A stretch of 64,000 nucleotides of DNA, taken from IMG/VR virus record IMGVR_UViG_3300029305_005280; one strand, written 5' to 3'. The notes below the pieces were generated by a model that saw only the letters and a list, made by a program, of their open reading frames with translations, was not told the DNA's origin and did not search any database. A program made the position numbers and the translations under genes. This stretch comes from a virus. Lineage: Duplodnaviria > Caudoviricetes. Shown here piece after piece: positions 19,016 to 28,593 of the stretch (the stretch's first letter is position 1; each line of letters opens with the position of its first letter).

Positions 19016-19843
19016 TTGAATAGGTTATATGAAGATAATAGACGTAAATTGATTTCTAAATCAAAATCGTCACAAAAAGGTAGAGAAAGATTTAATAAAA
19101 GAAATAAATCAAAAGTAGCAAATACTGTTAAAGCAATGAATTCAATTGATATGAATAAATTGTTTAAAGATGATATTTTAACTGTTAATATTCCTGTTCA
19201 TGGTGAAACAGATGATTATGTTGTTAGAATGACTTTTGGTGGATTTCTTGCAATCCTTAGAGACCAGATAGGAGATAAGGATACAATTGATTTTAGAGAT
19301 ATATCAAGAGCTGCTATTATTGGTTTTAATAAAGATGATGTATTCATAAACTGTACTTGTCCTGATTGGCAGTATAGATTTGCATATTATGCAACACGTA
19401 ACGATATAAACAGTGGTGCACCTGAAACAAGACCCTCTGATATCACAAATCCTGATGACAGTTTAGGCAGTGCTTGCAAACATGTTTTACTTGTTCTAAA
19501 TAATACAAGTTGGATAATTCGTGTTGCTAGAGTTATTAGTAACTATATAAAATATATGGAAAAGCACTATCAAAAATTATATGCAGATATTATATATCCT
19601 GCAGTATTTGGAAGAGCTTATCAAGAACCTGTTCAGTTGTCATTTGACGACATCGATTCAACAGATGAACTTGCCACAGATAATGATATTGACACATTAG
19701 ATAAAGCAAATAAATACAATCAAGATAGAACGAAATTCCAAAAAGGTAATACAAAAGGTGTTCGTTTTGCGTCTAACGAAGAGGAAGATGATTCGCAATT
19801 AAAGTTAGACATTGAAGACGAAAACCCTGATGACCAATTTTAA
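19016..19843 (+). CDS. SWIM zinc-finger protein
   Basis: CTCPD...CKH SWIM signature. Confidence 0.7.
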   Translation: MNRLYEDNRRKLISKSKSSQKGRERFNKRNKSKVANTVKAMNSIDMNKLFKDDILTVNIPVHGETDDYVVRMTFGGFLAILRDQIGDKDTIDFRDISRAAIIGFNKDDVFINCTCPDWQYRFAYYATRNDINSGAPETRPSDITNPDDSLGSACKHVLLVLNNTSWIIRVARVISNYIKYMEKHYQKLYADIIYPAVFGRAYQEPVQLSFDDIDSTDELATDNDIDTLDKANKYNQDRTKFQKGNTKGVRFASNEEEDDSQLKLDIEDENPDDQF

Positions 19844-19924
19844 TCTATAAATTAAGCACCTTTACAACAAGTTATAATTGTATTTATTATGTGTATAAAT
19901 AACTTGCTATAAAGGAGATTAAAA

Positions 19925-20686
19925 ATGGCTAACTATAGCATTGCTGAAGAATATACTTTACCATCAAAAGGAGAAGTATATTCTGAGAATGTAAATCCTG
20001 TTGTTAAAATCAGAAGTATGACAACAGAAGAAGAAATGAAGAGACTTGCTCCCTCTGATAGAGCATATAAGAACCTTTGTGAAATCATTGATGACTGTTT
20101 AGTAGAAAACCCAGGCATATCTTCATATGATATGTGTCTGGCTGATTATCAGTTTTTGTTACATAAGTTACGCGTTGTTACTTATGGGCCTAGTTATAAT
20201 ACCTCTTCTATGTGTCCTCATTGCGGCACTGAGAATGAAGGTAAAATTGATTTAAACAGTCTTGAAGTTGTAGAGTACAATAGCGATGATTTTGCAAAAT
20301 ATCTGGAATTTGTTCTTCCCGTCACTAAAAAGAAAATTACTATTAGAATGCAGACTCCTCGCATGATTGATGACATTAACCAGAGCACCAGAGAGCTCCG
20401 TAAGAAGTCAAAGAATACAGCATCCGGGGATTCTGCATTTTTGTTTACTTTACAAAAACTTATTGACACAATTGATGGTCAGAAAATTGACCCTATCAAA
20501 AAGGAAGATTTTGTTAGACAACTACCTATGATGGACACTAACTACATCATGAAACATGCACAAAAGTTAGTAGAAAGTTTCGGAATAAAGACTGCAATCA
20601 GTCAAGAGTGTTCCGTTTGTGGGTTAGATTATACTAGCTCCTTTCGCATCACATCGGAGTTTTTTGGACCCTCAATTGACATTTGA
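19925..20686 (+). CDS. Baseplate hub assembly/tail chaperone (T4 gp26-like)
   Basis: YTLPSKG, IRSMTTEEE, CPHCG, C-terminal CSVCG...FF. Confidence 0.75.
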   Translation: MANYSIAEEYTLPSKGEVYSENVNPVVKIRSMTTEEEMKRLAPSDRAYKNLCEIIDDCLVENPGISSYDMCLADYQFLLHKLRVVTYGPSYNTSSMCPHCGTENEGKIDLNSLEVVEYNSDDFAKYLEFVLPVTKKKITIRMQTPRMIDDINQSTRELRKKSKNTASGDSAFLFTLQKLIDTIDGQKIDPIKKEDFVRQLPMMDTNYIMKHAQKLVESFGIKTAISQECSVCGLDYTSSFRITSEFFGPSIDI

Positions 20687-20888
20687 TGGTAGGCCATATG
20701 CCCCTGAGAGATACCAGCAGATAGTTGAAGAAAGATATATAATCTCTAAACATATTCATACTTCCTATCAGGATATTGGAGATATTTCTCCTACTGAAAG
20801 AAAGTATTTACTTGAATTTATAAGAAAAGATTTAGAGAGAGAGCAAGAAGTTAGAGAGAAAAATATGCAGATGTTGGGACTAAAATAA
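20664..20888 (+). CDS. Small tail chaperone (gp51-like), possibly a frameshift extension of the upstream gene
   Basis: SYQDIGDISPTERKYLL pattern; overlaps upstream gene at a T6 run; precedes tape measure. Confidence 0.6.
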   Translation: MDPQLTFDGRPYAPERYQQIVEERYIISKHIHTSYQDIGDISPTERKYLLEFIRKDLEREQEVREKNMQMLGLK

Positions 20889-20906
20889 TAAGCGAGGTGA
20901 GATACG

Positions 20907-23903
20907 ATGGCTAATAGTATGAATAGTGGCTTAAGAAATAGTACTGAACAGTCACAAGAAACTCAGTTTAATTCAAAAGTTTCTGAAATGTCGTCTGTCA
21001 GTAAGCGCTACGATGCTCTTGTAGGTGAATTTAAAAAATATCAATCTTTATTGAAAGAAATTTCTAAGAATTCATCAATTGAAAGATTAAAAGAAGAATT
21101 ACAGCAGGAAAATCTTTCTGTTCGTGACAAACTTGCAATCAGGCAGCAGATTGCTGATGAAGAAGCCCGTATCCAACAACTTGCGTTAGATGCAACTTTA
21201 GCCTATACAGTAAACACTTACAAAAAAGCAACAGTTGCACGTAAGCTTGAAATAAAGAAAGAACACGCCGACGCTCTAGCAGCTCATCGTGTATCACTTG
21301 ATAAGGAGTATCAAGAGAAATGGGCAGCAGCTCAGGGTGATGCAAAAGAGCGTCGTAGATTAACAAATCAACATAAAAAAGATGTGTTTAAAAATATTCA
21401 GTTGGAACGAGAAGCAAGGGCCCAAGTTTTTAAACTTGAAGAGTCTGAATCTCACCAACAGTATAAGAATGTTCAAAAACATATTGATAATTTCAAGAAA
21501 GATAAATCTTTTAAAAATGGATTAAAGATAGCTGTTAGTGTTGGTCAACTTAATATTGATTCTTTGAAAAAGATGGCTGAAGAATCAAAAAAAGCATATC
21601 AAGATTCAAAAAAAGAAACTGAAAGAAGAGCACAAGACCTTGAGGATTTAAAGGCACAAGGTTTCGGCGAACACACTGACGAGTACAAGGAAGCATTAGC
21701 AGCTTACGAACAATCCAGAATGGATGAAAATAATGCTGCATTAAAGAAAGTTCTAGAAGATGAATTATCAAAAGTTGCAGATGCTCTGATGACTTCATTT
21801 GCCGAAGTTGAGAGTATGATAACTGATTACAAAGGCCATGTTGATGCTCGTCTTCAAGGTTCAGATAAATCATATAATAAGATAAATGATTTGATTTCAT
21901 CAAATCTATCAACAAGTCCTTTTGTTAAAACACAGAAAGTTCTTGAAAATATGAGAGAACTTGTTGATAAAGGTGTTGCTTACAATGTGGAGCAACGAGC
22001 CTTTTTACAGACTGTTAGTGATAAGATTGCTAACACATTTGATGCATTTGATGCTAACCTATTAAGACTTATTAGATTACAACAAGCAGATACAACCGCA
22101 GCTCGTTTAGGAATGGAAGCAAGTTTGACTAAATTCCTAAACGGAATGTTCCAAGACACCAGCTATCTATCGGATGTATATGATAGTGTATCTGCAGCAA
22201 TAATTGATGCAAATGCAACAATGACTCGTAATATGTCAGCTGAATTTGAATATATTGTTCAAAAATGGTTAGGTGCTCTAAGTTCAGTTGGTATGTCATC
22301 TGAAACTATAAATCAGATTGCTACAGGTATCAATTATCTTGCAACAGGCGATGTTCAAAGTCTTGCAAGTAATACTCAACTACAAACATTATTTGCAATG
22401 AGTGCTTCAAATGCAGGATTAAGTTATTCAGATTTATTATTGAAGGGACTAGACTCTTCAAGCACAAATAAATTACTTGAAAGTATGGTTTCATACTTAA
22501 AACAGATTGCAGAAAATTCAGATAATCAAGTTGTAAGAGCAGCTTATGGTGATATATTTAACTTGTCAATGTCTGATATGAAAGCTATAAGTAACTTGTC
22601 TTCAGGTGATATTTCAAGTATTGCAGGTAACAAGTTATCTTACGGTGGTATGCAATCTGAACTAACAAATCAGTTTGCACAGTTGCTCACAAGAACAAGC
22701 CTCACTGAAATGATGAGCAATGTTTACAATAATGCAGTATTTGGCGTTGCAGAAGATTTGATATCAAATCCTGTTTCTTATGCAATGTATAAGATGCTGA
22801 ATTATATGCGTGAGCAAGAAGTTGATATAAATATCCCGTTCATCAATGCTATGGGATTCGGTCTTGACTTGAATGCAAGTGTTGGTGACTTAATGAATAT
22901 GGGGCTCCAGATTGGTGGAGCAATGTCTCTTATTAGTAATATTCTTAGCGGTTTAGGCTCAATGGGTGGTTTAAATCTTAATGCTTGGGAAGCGCAAGAA
23001 TATACAAAACGTGGTTCAGGAATGTCATTCTCAATGGGTGGTGTTCAGGGTGGAACTTCAGGTAGTACTTACATATCAACAAGTAACAGTACTGATATGA
23101 AGAACTCTACATTGAATAGTTCAACAGATGACGCTGAAGAGACAAAAGAGATAACAAATAAAAATACAAAGTCTGAGCATACTTTTGATGATTTTTATAA
23201 AGTTACCGTTACAGGTTCAGAAGGCTCAGGTTATATCAGAACATTTGACTCAAATCTTGCAGTTGTTTTCGGAACTGAATCATTAAGAATTGATGATAAA
23301 CTTAAGGTATATGATTATCATCTTGATGATTACAGATATGCAGACGGTACTTTAGGTGTATATGATAAATCAATTGACAAGTATAAATATAGCTTAGGCA
23401 GTGTATATAAACTTGGAGTTGTTGATTCAGGACTTGCTGAAATATTCAATAAGTTTAAGTTTAATACTGAAGAAGAGTTAAAAGTACATGATGAAGGTAT
23501 CTTAAGTTTACCTTCCGCTGATAACATTGCTTCAAAGATTGCAGATAAGCAGTTAAAAGTAGTACCAAACAATACAACAACAATAACAACAGCAATTAGT
23601 ACTGCTGCTGCTACTATAAAAGCAGCATCAAGTTCAGTTACTATTACTGGTGCTCCCAAAGTCACATTAGATAAAGCAACTTTAGTTACAGCATTCAAAG
23701 AAGCACTTGGTCATAAAGAAGGCACAAAGACTGATGCAGATTATAAAACAATTTCTGATTTATATAAATTGTTGATTGGAACTGTTGAAGATGAACAGGC
23801 ACATGTAAGAATTCAAAATGAAGATGGTCAAAGACTACAAGTTGACACTGAAACAGGTGGTACTGCAATGTATGCTTTGAATCCGGCTAATCTTAAGTGG
23901 TAA
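20907..23903 (+). CDS. Tape measure protein
   Basis: 998 aa, long helical/coiled coil, Ala/Ser-rich; position after chaperones. Confidence 0.75.
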   Translation: MANSMNSGLRNSTEQSQETQFNSKVSEMSSVSKRYDALVGEFKKYQSLLKEISKNSSIERLKEELQQENLSVRDKLAIRQQIADEEARIQQLALDATLAYTVNTYKKATVARKLEIKKEHADALAAHRVSLDKEYQEKWAAAQGDAKERRRLTNQHKKDVFKNIQLEREARAQVFKLEESESHQQYKNVQKHIDNFKKDKSFKNGLKIAVSVGQLNIDSLKKMAEESKKAYQDSKKETERRAQDLEDLKAQGFGEHTDEYKEALAAYEQSRMDENNAALKKVLEDELSKVADALMTSFAEVESMITDYKGHVDARLQGSDKSYNKINDLISSNLSTSPFVKTQKVLENMRELVDKGVAYNVEQRAFLQTVSDKIANTFDAFDANLLRLIRLQQADTTAARLGMEASLTKFLNGMFQDTSYLSDVYDSVSAAIIDANATMTRNMSAEFEYIVQKWLGALSSVGMSSETINQIATGINYLATGDVQSLASNTQLQTLFAMSASNAGLSYSDLLLKGLDSSSTNKLLESMVSYLKQIAENSDNQVVRAAYGDIFNLSMSDMKAISNLSSGDISSIAGNKLSYGGMQSELTNQFAQLLTRTSLTEMMSNVYNNAVFGVAEDLISNPVSYAMYKMLNYMREQEVDINIPFINAMGFGLDLNASVGDLMNMGLQIGGAMSLISNILSGLGSMGGLNLNAWEAQEYTKRGSGMSFSMGGVQGGTSGSTYISTSNSTDMKNSTLNSSTDDAEETKEITNKNTKSEHTFDDFYKVTVTGSEGSGYIRTFDSNLAVVFGTESLRIDDKLKVYDYHLDDYRYADGTLGVYDKSIDKYKYSLGSVYKLGVVDSGLAEIFNKFKFNTEEELKVHDEGILSLPSADNIASKIADKQLKVVPNNTTTITTAISTAAATIKAASSSVTITGAPKVTLDKATLVTAFKEALGHKEGTKTDADYKTISDLYKLLIGTVEDEQAHVRIQNEDGQRLQVDTETGGTAMYALNPANLKW

Positions 23904-23914
23904 GGAGTGATTTA

Positions 23915-25264
23915 ATGAAACAAGAGTTTTTTAAAACAACACTTATTTCAAAATTTATAAAACAGCTACTTGCAAAAACTCCATTACCAGTATACAAGCT
24001 CATATATGATAATGATGAGATGGTTGCGGGTTGTTTATATACTTACAAAGATAAAGTTTTAAGATGTACTAAGAGTGGTAGATTTACTGGTGTTCGTGGC
24101 ACAGTTAATAAACTTGATTACCTCACTGTTCAAGAACCTTTGTTCGTGAATGAAGGAAACATGAATGTTTACACTTTTAACGAAAATAAGAATGAATTCC
24201 AGTTTGAGGAAGTACCATTTGCAGTCACAGATGATGTTGTAAGTATTCAATTATATACTCCTGCAGAGTTTGAAGTTGTTTCAAGATTTGTACCTGATAC
24301 ATATGTGCCGGGCATAACTCAAAATTACATATCAAATATGAGTTATTATGATGAAGATACACATCGTAAGTTAGGTGAATATTTAAGATATATAAAGAAT
24401 ATGTATGACTTAAATCTAATGCCACTTTATAATTGTTTTACATATAAGCTTGTGGATAATTTAACACTAGATGTAAATTCTGAGAATAATTTAACTCAAA
24501 CATCGAACACAAAATATAAAACATTTCTTATTCCTATTAAGTTTGATAAAACATATACAATCGCGCTTGATAGTGATTTTCCTGTAATGATGAAAGCTGT
24601 TTTTTATAATAATAGACTTGTAAAAGATAGAGACAATCAGTTCTATCTGTCAAACTATCTTGATGAGAGTATTATTGTTCATAATAATACACAGTTTTCA
24701 AGACCTTTTACATACGTATTACCAAATACAAAAGCAGTCGATAGTTCAGGTAAGTCTTGTTATCAAATGCTGCATAACTATGAAAAATATCTCTATCTTG
24801 CAATACAAATTAGTGCAGATAATGATTCTTCTCTTGTAGTTCTTGAAGGTGATTACTCGAGGAACGGAACAAGTTCTATAACTGATGTTTATGGCTTAAG
24901 AAGAGATGTGAATACAACTGATGCAATTTCTGCAATGTTAACAAGTAGATTAAGTTTACTTGATAAAAATGATGGTATTCATCATCCTTTTGCAGATAAG
25001 CTAATCCAATACTTGCTTCGTAACACAATTGACACAAGAGAAGATATTGATGACAATGTTGCTAATGTTGAAAAAGCAGTTGGATATATGCCTGAGTATC
25101 AAGGAATGTGGGATGATAATCTTCGCTATCTATTGTTCTTTAATTATATGAAATTAACGAACAGAGAAGAATTGAATTTTCTTGATATACTAGGCTATGT
25201 GGATAGTGATATTGAGGAAGCTGTTAGAAAGGGGTATATAGATGCCAACACCTCCAGTATTTAG
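23915..25264 (+). CDS. Hypothetical baseplate-region protein
   Basis: ORF with AAGGAG RBS before ATG 23915. Confidence 0.5.
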   Translation: MKQEFFKTTLISKFIKQLLAKTPLPVYKLIYDNDEMVAGCLYTYKDKVLRCTKSGRFTGVRGTVNKLDYLTVQEPLFVNEGNMNVYTFNENKNEFQFEEVPFAVTDDVVSIQLYTPAEFEVVSRFVPDTYVPGITQNYISNMSYYDEDTHRKLGEYLRYIKNMYDLNLMPLYNCFTYKLVDNLTLDVNSENNLTQTSNTKYKTFLIPIKFDKTYTIALDSDFPVMMKAVFYNNRLVKDRDNQFYLSNYLDESIIVHNNTQFSRPFTYVLPNTKAVDSSGKSCYQMLHNYEKYLYLAIQISADNDSSLVVLEGDYSRNGTSSITDVYGLRRDVNTTDAISAMLTSRLSLLDKNDGIHHPFADKLIQYLLRNTIDTREDIDDNVANVEKAVGYMPEYQGMWDDNLRYLLFFNYMKLTNREELNFLDILGYVDSDIEEAVRKGYIDANTSSI

Positions 25265-25820
25265 AATGATAGATAACTATATCTATCTATATCATTTAGA
25301 TGAGTTTATAGTTATTCCTTCATTTCCTGATAGCTTAAATGACCAGATGTCAGTGACATATAATAGTAGTACCCCGATGTCAAGAAGTGCTCCTATTTAT
25401 TCATACAGTCATTCTGGTCCTAGAAGTTTACAAATAAATCTTGATTTACATAGAGATATGATGAAACAGATAAACTGGCAAGTAAGTAATGCAACTGTTG
25501 CTACAGGTGACGATTATGTCGACACACTTATAAAATTAGTTCAGGCAGCTGCTTTACCTACATATGGTGCATCTGAAAAGATGGTAGACCCTCCGATGGT
25601 TGCCGTTAGATTTGGTAACGATGTTTTCATAAAAGGTGTTGTGACAGGAACTGTTGGAGTAACTTATCAGCTTCCGTTACTAGAAAATGAAAAGTATGCT
25701 CATGTTTCTGTTTCATTCAATGTGGAAGAAATTGACCCATATGATGCACAAACTGTTTTTGCAGCAGGTAGCTTTAGAGGTGTCGATACAACTCTCGAAA
25801 GAACATATTGGAGGGCCTAA
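25242..25820 (+). CDS. Tail tube initiator/baseplate protein (gp48/gp54-like)
   Basis: PMSRSAPIYSYSHSGPRSL, PPMVAVRFG pattern. Confidence 0.65.
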   Translation: MPTPPVFRMIDNYIYLYHLDEFIVIPSFPDSLNDQMSVTYNSSTPMSRSAPIYSYSHSGPRSLQINLDLHRDMMKQINWQVSNATVATGDDYVDTLIKLVQAAALPTYGASEKMVDPPMVAVRFGNDVFIKGVVTGTVGVTYQLPLLENEKYAHVSVSFNVEEIDPYDAQTVFAAGSFRGVDTTLERTYWRA

Positions 25821-26143
25821 TGATGGATGCATTGTCTAAGAAACAATATAAGAATTATGACAGAGTATCAAGGTACTCTGTTTTTCCGTATTACTATAAT
25901 AGGTTTGATGATAAGTATATCTACGGTACTACTGCACATTTAAATACTGATGGCAAGTCATATGTTAACCATAAAGTTGTGCCCGGAGATACTTTTGATA
26001 CTTTGGCGCTGCATTATTATAATAATCCTACTTATTACTGGGTAATTGCTGATTTTAACAAAGTGCAAGACCCTTTTGTGACGCCTGTAGAGGGTAGTAT
26101 CTTAAAGATACCTACATTTAGTAATATTGAATTTAATTTATAA
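25820..26143 (+). CDS. LysM-domain baseplate wedge protein (gp53-like)
   Basis: HKVVPGDTFDTLALHYYNNPTYYWVIADFN...LKIP LysM signature. Confidence 0.85.
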   Translation: MMDALSKKQYKNYDRVSRYSVFPYYYNRFDDKYIYGTTAHLNTDGKSYVNHKVVPGDTFDTLALHYYNNPTYYWVIADFNKVQDPFVTPVEGSILKIPTFSNIEFNL

Positions 26144-26156
26144 GGAGTGAAACATA

Positions 26157-27398
26157 GTGGCAACAAAAGCAAATCTTGTTAGTGTCCCTACTCTTGTTGA
26201 ATCTCCATTTATAATTGCCACTATTGGTGGTTATACTTTCGGTTCTTATGCAGCCAAAGGTTCTTCAAATGCGTATGGTGCAGCTGTTAAAGTTACATAT
26301 CCAAATTTCATGGATAGTATTCAGATTGTGAAAGTTAATGGCACAGTTAATACATATACTTTGAATTTTTCATATCAAGTTAGAGCGGGAGAAGACCCAA
26401 ACCTACTTGACAAGATATTTAGTACTGCAACAAATGATAGGCAAATTATATTGCAGTATGGTGACTGGAACTCTCCTACATATATTTATAAAGAAGAAAA
26501 GTGTATTATTACAAACATAACAAGTAATCTTGATATGAACAATTCTTGTATCAAATACACATTAAACTGTACAAGCGATGCTATTGGTTTAGCATCATTA
26601 TCGTATAATTTTCCTGCTAGAGAAGCAAAACCCAGTGATGTATTGAAAGAGATGCTTAATAGTCCTAAGTATGGACTCAAGCAAGTTTTCACAGGAATGA
26701 GAACACAAGAGATAACAAGTTTGATTGCTTCCAATGATAAGAAAGTACAGTTGTTAGCTCAAAATGGTGTAACTCCATTAGCATATATGAATTACCTTGT
26801 TAGTTCAATGGTAAGTTACAATAATACCACAACAACTCCAATTCAATCTTCAGGCTACTACTTGACAATACATGATGATTGGAGTAATAATTATGGTGGA
26901 ACTTATTTCAAAGTCACTGAAGTTTGTGCTAATGCAAGTACGAAAGCAACAATGGGTACTTATGAACTTGATGTTAACTACCCAGATGATAATTTCGTAA
27001 CACAGTTCTCGCTTAACAATGACCAATCATGGGCAATACTATATGATTATTCACAAAAGATTGGTCAGGAAGAATACACTTATTATATTGATGATGAAGG
27101 TCGAGTTATAACTGAATATGTTCCTTCGTTGGTTAGGTCAGATAATAATTCATTTTCAAATGCAAAGAGCTCATGGTGGACCAAGATGACACAGTTTCCC
27201 ATTCAAGCTACATTGACAATTAAAGGATTGACAAGACCTTCGATACTTATGACATATGTTAAGTTAAATGTGTGGTTTGCAGGTGGGCAGAAACATATTT
27301 CAAGCGGTCTATATATAATTACCAAGCAAGTAGATTCAATTAGTGCTGCGGGATATAAGACCACTTTAACATTATTGAGGGTAGGCGGTGACATTTAA
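26157..27398 (+). CDS. Baseplate hub protein (gp27/gpD-like)
   Basis: C-terminal ATLTIKG...SGLYIITKQVDSISAAGYKTTLTLLR. Confidence 0.7.
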   Translation: MATKANLVSVPTLVESPFIIATIGGYTFGSYAAKGSSNAYGAAVKVTYPNFMDSIQIVKVNGTVNTYTLNFSYQVRAGEDPNLLDKIFSTATNDRQIILQYGDWNSPTYIYKEEKCIITNITSNLDMNNSCIKYTLNCTSDAIGLASLSYNFPAREAKPSDVLKEMLNSPKYGLKQVFTGMRTQEITSLIASNDKKVQLLAQNGVTPLAYMNYLVSSMVSYNNTTTTPIQSSGYYLTIHDDWSNNYGGTYFKVTEVCANASTKATMGTYELDVNYPDDNFVTQFSLNNDQSWAILYDYSQKIGQEEYTYYIDDEGRVITEYVPSLVRSDNNSFSNAKSSWWTKMTQFPIQATLTIKGLTRPSILMTYVKLNVWFAGGQKHISSGLYIITKQVDSISAAGYKTTLTLLRVGGDI

Positions 27399-28198
27399 TG
27401 CTAGAAAGGGCAATCATTGAGCAAAAAGTTGATGATTATCATTATAGAGTTAGGGTACCTTCTTTTAATAAATCATTAGCTGCAGTTGGTGCAACACCGG
27501 AAAAAGAATTGTACGTTGCAACTTTATCAGTAACTCCGGGTGTAGCACCAAAATTTAAACCAGGTACCGCCGTTTGTGTATCATTTGAAAGTAATGATTT
27601 AAGTTCTCCTGTTATTGTAGGATTATTATTTAACAACACTTTTAGAAAAACAGAAGCAGATGCTATGTTTGCAAGTTTGGATGTATCAGTGAATACAACT
27701 TTGTCACGCGACACTACAATAGGTGCTGTTAAACCTGATAGTATTGCTTCTCTTGAGAATAATACTCAAAACATTGCTGATAAATTTCAAAAAATTGATT
27801 TATTTGAGCAGAGTACATCAGGTAAACTTGATAAGCTATCAAGTGATATTACTGTATTAGATGCACGGCTAACACAAGCTCAAATAGATATATTGAAAGA
27901 AATGGAAGAATCAGATGAGCAATTAGCAGACAGATTATCTACTGCGGAAAACGATATTGATTCTAATTACGCACAAATTATTGAAACAAATAGTAATCTA
28001 AGTACACATACAAATAATAAAACAATACATGTTACATCATCAGATAAGTCAAACTGGAATAGTAAGGCTGCAGGAAATCACAACCACCCTTCTTTGTCTG
28101 GTGTTCAAAAAATAATTTTTACAACTGATTCCTATGGGGCTGAACTTCCTGCATCAGGAACCACAGGACAGATATTTTTTAAATTAGAAAGTGAGTGA
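27398..28198 (+). CDS. Baseplate central spike (gp5/gpV-like OB fold, coiled coil, His-containing tip)
   Basis: YRVRVP...PGTAVCVSFE..DLSSPVIVGLL; HNH near C-terminus. Confidence 0.7.
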   Translation: MLERAIIEQKVDDYHYRVRVPSFNKSLAAVGATPEKELYVATLSVTPGVAPKFKPGTAVCVSFESNDLSSPVIVGLLFNNTFRKTEADAMFASLDVSVNTTLSRDTTIGAVKPDSIASLENNTQNIADKFQKIDLFEQSTSGKLDKLSSDITVLDARLTQAQIDILKEMEESDEQLADRLSTAENDIDSNYAQIIETNSNLSTHTNNKTIHVTSSDKSNWNSKAAGNHNHPSLSGVQKIIFTTDSYGAELPASGTTGQIFFKLESE

Positions 28199-28569
28199 TG
28201 CATATGTATTCAATAGCATTTCCTGATATGTTTTCAACTGCAAGAACCAATCTTGTTAAGGATGCAGATGCTACAATGTCAAACATGAAATTGTTGCTTG
28301 CTTCGTGGAAAAAATCTTTGATTGGTGACCCTTACTTTGGTACAAATTTAAAGAAATTTATACATGAGCAAAACAATGTTGTGTTAAGAGATTTGATTAT
28401 TGATGAAATATATGTGTCTTTACAAATATTTATGCCCCAAGTATATTTGAAACGAAAAGATATTACAATAACCCAAGATAAAACTGATGTATATGCCACT
28501 ATCAATTGTATAAATAAATTAGATAATGAAGTAAATATGTATCAGATAAAGTTAACAACTGATATTTAA
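28198..28569 (+). CDS. Baseplate wedge protein (gp25/gpW-like)
   Basis: GDPYFGTNLKKFIHE motif. Confidence 0.8.
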   Translation: MHMYSIAFPDMFSTARTNLVKDADATMSNMKLLLASWKKSLIGDPYFGTNLKKFIHEQNNVVLRDLIIDEIYVSLQIFMPQVYLKRKDITITQDKTDVYATINCINKLDNEVNMYQIKLTTDI

Positions 28570-28593
28570 TGAATAGTTGGAGGTTGAAAATTA

